NCBI GenBank assembly: GCA_043747615.1
Contig: JAYTOU010000077.1
Coordinates: forward strand, 64,826-128,825
Source: Myxococcales bacterium
GTDB taxonomy: Bacteria; Myxococcota_A; Polyangia; Polyangiales; Polyangiaceae
Direction of reading: 5' to 3'
Length of the DNA stretch: 64,000 nt
The translations under genes were made by a program, and so were the position numbers. The notes under the pieces were generated by a model. The model was not told the DNA's origin and made no database searches. It saw only the letters and a list, made by a program, of their open reading frames with translations. Shown piece after piece: positions 61,257-64,000 of this stretch (its first letter is position 1; every line of letters starts with the position of its first letter).

Positions 61257-62266
61257 CGAAGCGCCTTCACTCTGCGGAAATTTCGGCCGAAGAAAACGAG
61301 GTACGCCATGACCACGAAGAGCACGGTAGCCCCGAAGAGATGCTTGATGTCACGGCTCACGCTCGAGCCCGACCAGAACGCTTCGAGGCCGGCGGCCATG
61401 AAGAGCATCACTGCCGCGCCGCACACGATGATGACCGCGTCACGACCGCCCGCTTGGAGCGATTCGAGCCTTGTTTTGTCGCCTGGGGATATGATCGACC
61501 AGCCGAGCGTAAGGCCGGCGCCTCCGGCAATCACGATGGCCCCGAGCTCGAGGGTGCCGTGACCGACAATGAAGGTGACGATGTTTGCGCCCGCTCCTTG
61601 AGACGAGATGTAACCCACGATCGCGCCGATCGAGAGGCCGTTCGAGACCAGATAAAACGCGCTCCCCAGACCGCCGAAAATTCCCGTTGCAAAACAGCGG
61701 AGGGCAATGCCCACGTTGTTGTTCACGTAGAACCCCGCCATGATCGCGCCTTCGCCGCCTTCGCGCCCGGCGTCGAACCCGCGCGTGTACGCCTCGGTAA
61801 GAGGGCGAAGCTGCGATTCGGGGACGATCCGAAAGGCGAACGCGGGATCGTGGAGGGAGGCGAAGAGGCCGAAGAAGAACGGAACGAAGAAGAGAACGAA
61901 GGCGATGAGCATGGCTCGCCAATGGGCGCGGACGGTGCGCGGAAAAATCGCAAATGCGTCGAGCAATCGACCGCCGTCGATCCATCGATTGGGCGCCGCG
62001 CTGTAAATGACGGTGTGAGCGGCCGCCGTGAGACTCTGCAAATAGTCTACGAGAGGAGCGCTGTAACGAGCGGCCTGCGCCCGAGCGAGATCAGCGCAGA
62101 CGTCCCGGTAGAGTGGGGAGATGCGTGCCACGTCCTCGCGGTTGAGCGCGCGGAGACCCTTCTCCGTCGCCCTTCGCGCGAGGATGTCGAGCTCGTCCCA
62201 CTCGCGCTGCCGGCGGCTCCCGAAGGCATGCTCGGTGACCGCCGACGCGCGCGCGCTCAGCGCCAT
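61253..62266 (-). CDS. SpoIIM (DUF95) family membrane protein
   Basis: LYRDVCADLA, YVNNNVGIAL, GHGTLEL and AGLEAFWS. Confidence 0.88.
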   Translation of the reverse strand: MALSARASAVTEHAFGSRRQREWDELDILARRATEKGLRALNREDVARISPLYRDVCADLARAQAARYSAPLVDYLQSLTAAAHTVIYSAAPNRWIDGGRLLDAFAIFPRTVRAHWRAMLIAFVLFFVPFFFGLFASLHDPAFAFRIVPESQLRPLTEAYTRGFDAGREGGEGAIMAGFYVNNNVGIALRCFATGIFGGLGSAFYLVSNGLSIGAIVGYISSQGAGANIVTFIVGHGTLELGAIVIAGGAGLTLGWSIISPGDKTRLESLQAGGRDAVIIVCGAAVMLFMAAGLEAFWSGSSVSRDIKHLFGATVLFVVMAYLVFFGRNFRRVKALR

Positions 62267-63057
62267 GACGCGGCCCCTCGTGACGACGGAGGCGCTTCAC
62301 CCCGACCCGCGTTGGCTGCGCGATCGTAGAGTAGAGCCAGAGTACGCGCGGGATCTTCCACCCGAAACGAGTGGCGCTCGCTGAGGGTCGCCACCACGAT
62401 CTCCGCGAGCTCGCGCTCACGTGCGGTGCCGAGCGTGCCCCTGCGCCGAAGAAAGAGCTCGAGCGCCGTGCGCTCTTCGGCGTCGAGCACCACTTCTTCG
62501 GGAAGCGCGGCTAGCTCGTAGGGCTCGGCAGGTGGCCACAGGCGAAGCGCGGTGGTGGCACGCGCCCGCTCGGCAACGACCACGATGGTGCCGGCCACGA
62601 GATCGCCGATTCGCTGGAATTTCGAGGAGATCAGGATGGTGATGAGACCCGTCACGTAGGCCAGCGGAAGAACGTCGGCAGCGCGGAGGAGGTTTCGGAG
62701 AACGGCGGCGGTGAAGCCGATCGGCCGCCCGGTGGTGGTCATGACCCGCAGTCCGAGCGCCATCTTCCCGAGACTCGTTCCGCGCCACGCTTCCCAGATC
62801 ACGAAGTAGATCCACTGGATGAAAAAGAGGACGAGCATCAAGAAGCCCATCCCCGCGCCCATCGCCGAGCTCATTTTTTCGCCGACCGCGCGCCCACCGC
62901 TCGCCGCCAAGAGTACGACGATGGCGATGCCGAAAAAAGCTCCGTAGCAGGCGAGGAGATCGATGACGTAAGCGAGGCACCGACGCATCGGGCCCGCGAT
63001 GCGGTAGCGAAAGACGATGTGCTCAGGCGTCTCGATGGCGACGTCGGTGTCGAGCAC
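62257..63057 (-). CDS. RDD family membrane protein
   Basis: ETPEHI..AGPMRRCLAYVID, GKMALGLRV, LRNLLRAAD and QRIGDLVAGT; GTG start next to the upstream stop. Confidence 0.9.
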   Translation of the reverse strand: MLDTDVAIETPEHIVFRYRIAGPMRRCLAYVIDLLACYGAFFGIAIVVLLAASGGRAVGEKMSSAMGAGMGFLMLVLFFIQWIYFVIWEAWRGTSLGKMALGLRVMTTTGRPIGFTAAVLRNLLRAADVLPLAYVTGLITILISSKFQRIGDLVAGTIVVVAERARATTALRLWPPAEPYELAALPEEVVLDAEERTALELFLRRRGTLGTARERELAEIVVATLSERHSFRVEDPARTLALLYDRAANAGRGEAPPSSRGAASWR

Positions 63058-63058
63058 G

Positions 63059-63694
63059 TTACCGCTCTTTTTCGCGTGGAACGCCGTCGAACGTGTCGAG
63101 GGTGATCCGATCCAGAACGCGCGTACGAAACGTGGCGAGACGCGCAGAAAGAACGGACTCGTCCTTGGCGCTGAGCACCTCGCTCGTGAAGTGCACGAAG
63201 AGACACTTTCGAACGAACGCTCCGAACGCGAGGAGATGCCCGGTGATGGGCGCTCGCTCATTTTTCCCGACGTGAATCTCGACGAGAACGCGCGTGTCGT
63301 ATGCCTCTGGGCCAACCGTCACTTCGTCGTCGACGGTGTGGAGCTCTCCGCCGGGCACGTAACCGAGCTCACGCGCTTTGTCCTCGCAGCGCTGACGATT
63401 CATCAGCTCGGGCCCCTCGAAGCGGTAAACCACGAGCGACGAACGCGTCTTGTCGTGCGTGCCGACGAGCTCGGGGCGTGTGTGATCGTTCACCTTCCAC
63501 GCGCGCGCGTCCGGGAGCGGCAGACTGAGCGCGAAGCGTTTCGAGTGAAATTTTCCCCACTCGTGTTCGTCGTCCGGAAAATTGGCCGCGCTCGTTTCGG
63601 AAGGAGCGGGTCCGACCGTTGGCGTCTCCACGTGGCCGGGGCTTCCGCAACCGGGGAAAGAGAGAGCGACGATGAGCGCAATGGCGCGTAGCAT
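63059..63694 (-). CDS. Hypothetical lipoprotein heading the MoxR operon
   Basis: MLRAIALIVALSFPGC lipobox; stop 1 nt from the RDD start. Confidence 0.7.
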   Translation of the reverse strand: MLRAIALIVALSFPGCGSPGHVETPTVGPAPSETSAANFPDDEHEWGKFHSKRFALSLPLPDARAWKVNDHTRPELVGTHDKTRSSLVVYRFEGPELMNRQRCEDKARELGYVPGGELHTVDDEVTVGPEAYDTRVLVEIHVGKNERAPITGHLLAFGAFVRKCLFVHFTSEVLSAKDESVLSARLATFRTRVLDRITLDTFDGVPREKER

Positions 63695-63722
63695 CTTCGC
63701 TTCGCGTTTTTTGGAGGCGTCC

Positions 63723-64000
63723 ATGAAAAGTGTGAGCGCAGTCTTCTTCAGTCTTCTCCTCGCGTCGAGTGCTGGTTGCGCGAAAGACGACAAGCCCCAA
63801 GGTACCGCGACGGCCACAGCCGCAGCCACCCCGGCGTCGCCCAAGGCCAAGCCCGCAGCGGTCGAGACGATCACCTTCTTGAAGAAGGCTCCTCAGGTGA
63901 GCACGCGGACGCAGCAGCGGTCGGCGACGCACATGAACATCACCATCAACGTGGATCCGACCGGGTCGGGGAAGCCGCAGACGTCGGAAGTCGAGACGAC
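63723..64000 (+). CDS. Lipoprotein, 3'-truncated (not in the ORF track)
   Basis: GGAGG SD; MKSVSAVFFSLLLASSAGCAKDDK...; open to the window end. Confidence 0.75.
   Translation, partial: MKSVSAVFFSLLLASSAGCAKDDKPQGTATATAAATPASPKAKPAAVETITFLKKAPQVSTRTQQRSATHMNITINVDPTGSGKPQTSEVET

Overview
High-GC chromosomal window, very likely from a myxobacterium (Polyangiaceae/Labilithrix-like). This is inferred from Cys-rich lipoproteins, a tandem Ser/Thr kinase, a MYXO-CTERM-like tail and an AgmX/TonB-C-like domain. About 48 tightly packed CDS; no rRNA, tRNA, CRISPR array or mobile element recognised. Main blocks in order: TRAP DctM (5'-truncated), MATE, pal-cpoB, dual-domain kinase, carB, a coupled FliJ/YscO-like - Slt - AddB - AddA run facing radC, an S55 peptidase + beta-propeller pair, cstA, a small basic protein, an ECF sigma/anti-sigma pair divergent from a MacAB-type exporter, GH31, sua5, an 8-gene aromatic-CoA catabolic operon, surface lipoproteins, PlsB-like acyltransferase, an S1 paralogue, and an RDD-SpoIIM-DUF4129/4350-MoxR-DUF58 operon. 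Best leads: (1) an AddA-like helicase-nuclease ending in a canonical beta-clamp motif (QLGLF), with 4-Cys nuclease motifs in both subunits; (2) an abm-like operon that lacks the monooxygenase but has an OYE-FN3 fusion and a creatininase; (3) an ECF/anti-sigma module with a consensus ECF promoter aimed at an atypical ABC exporter; (4) a 57-aa basic protein with ribosomal-protein-like expression signals; (5) repeated leaderless-type promoter geometry. All family calls are by-eye motif recognition; no database searches were run.
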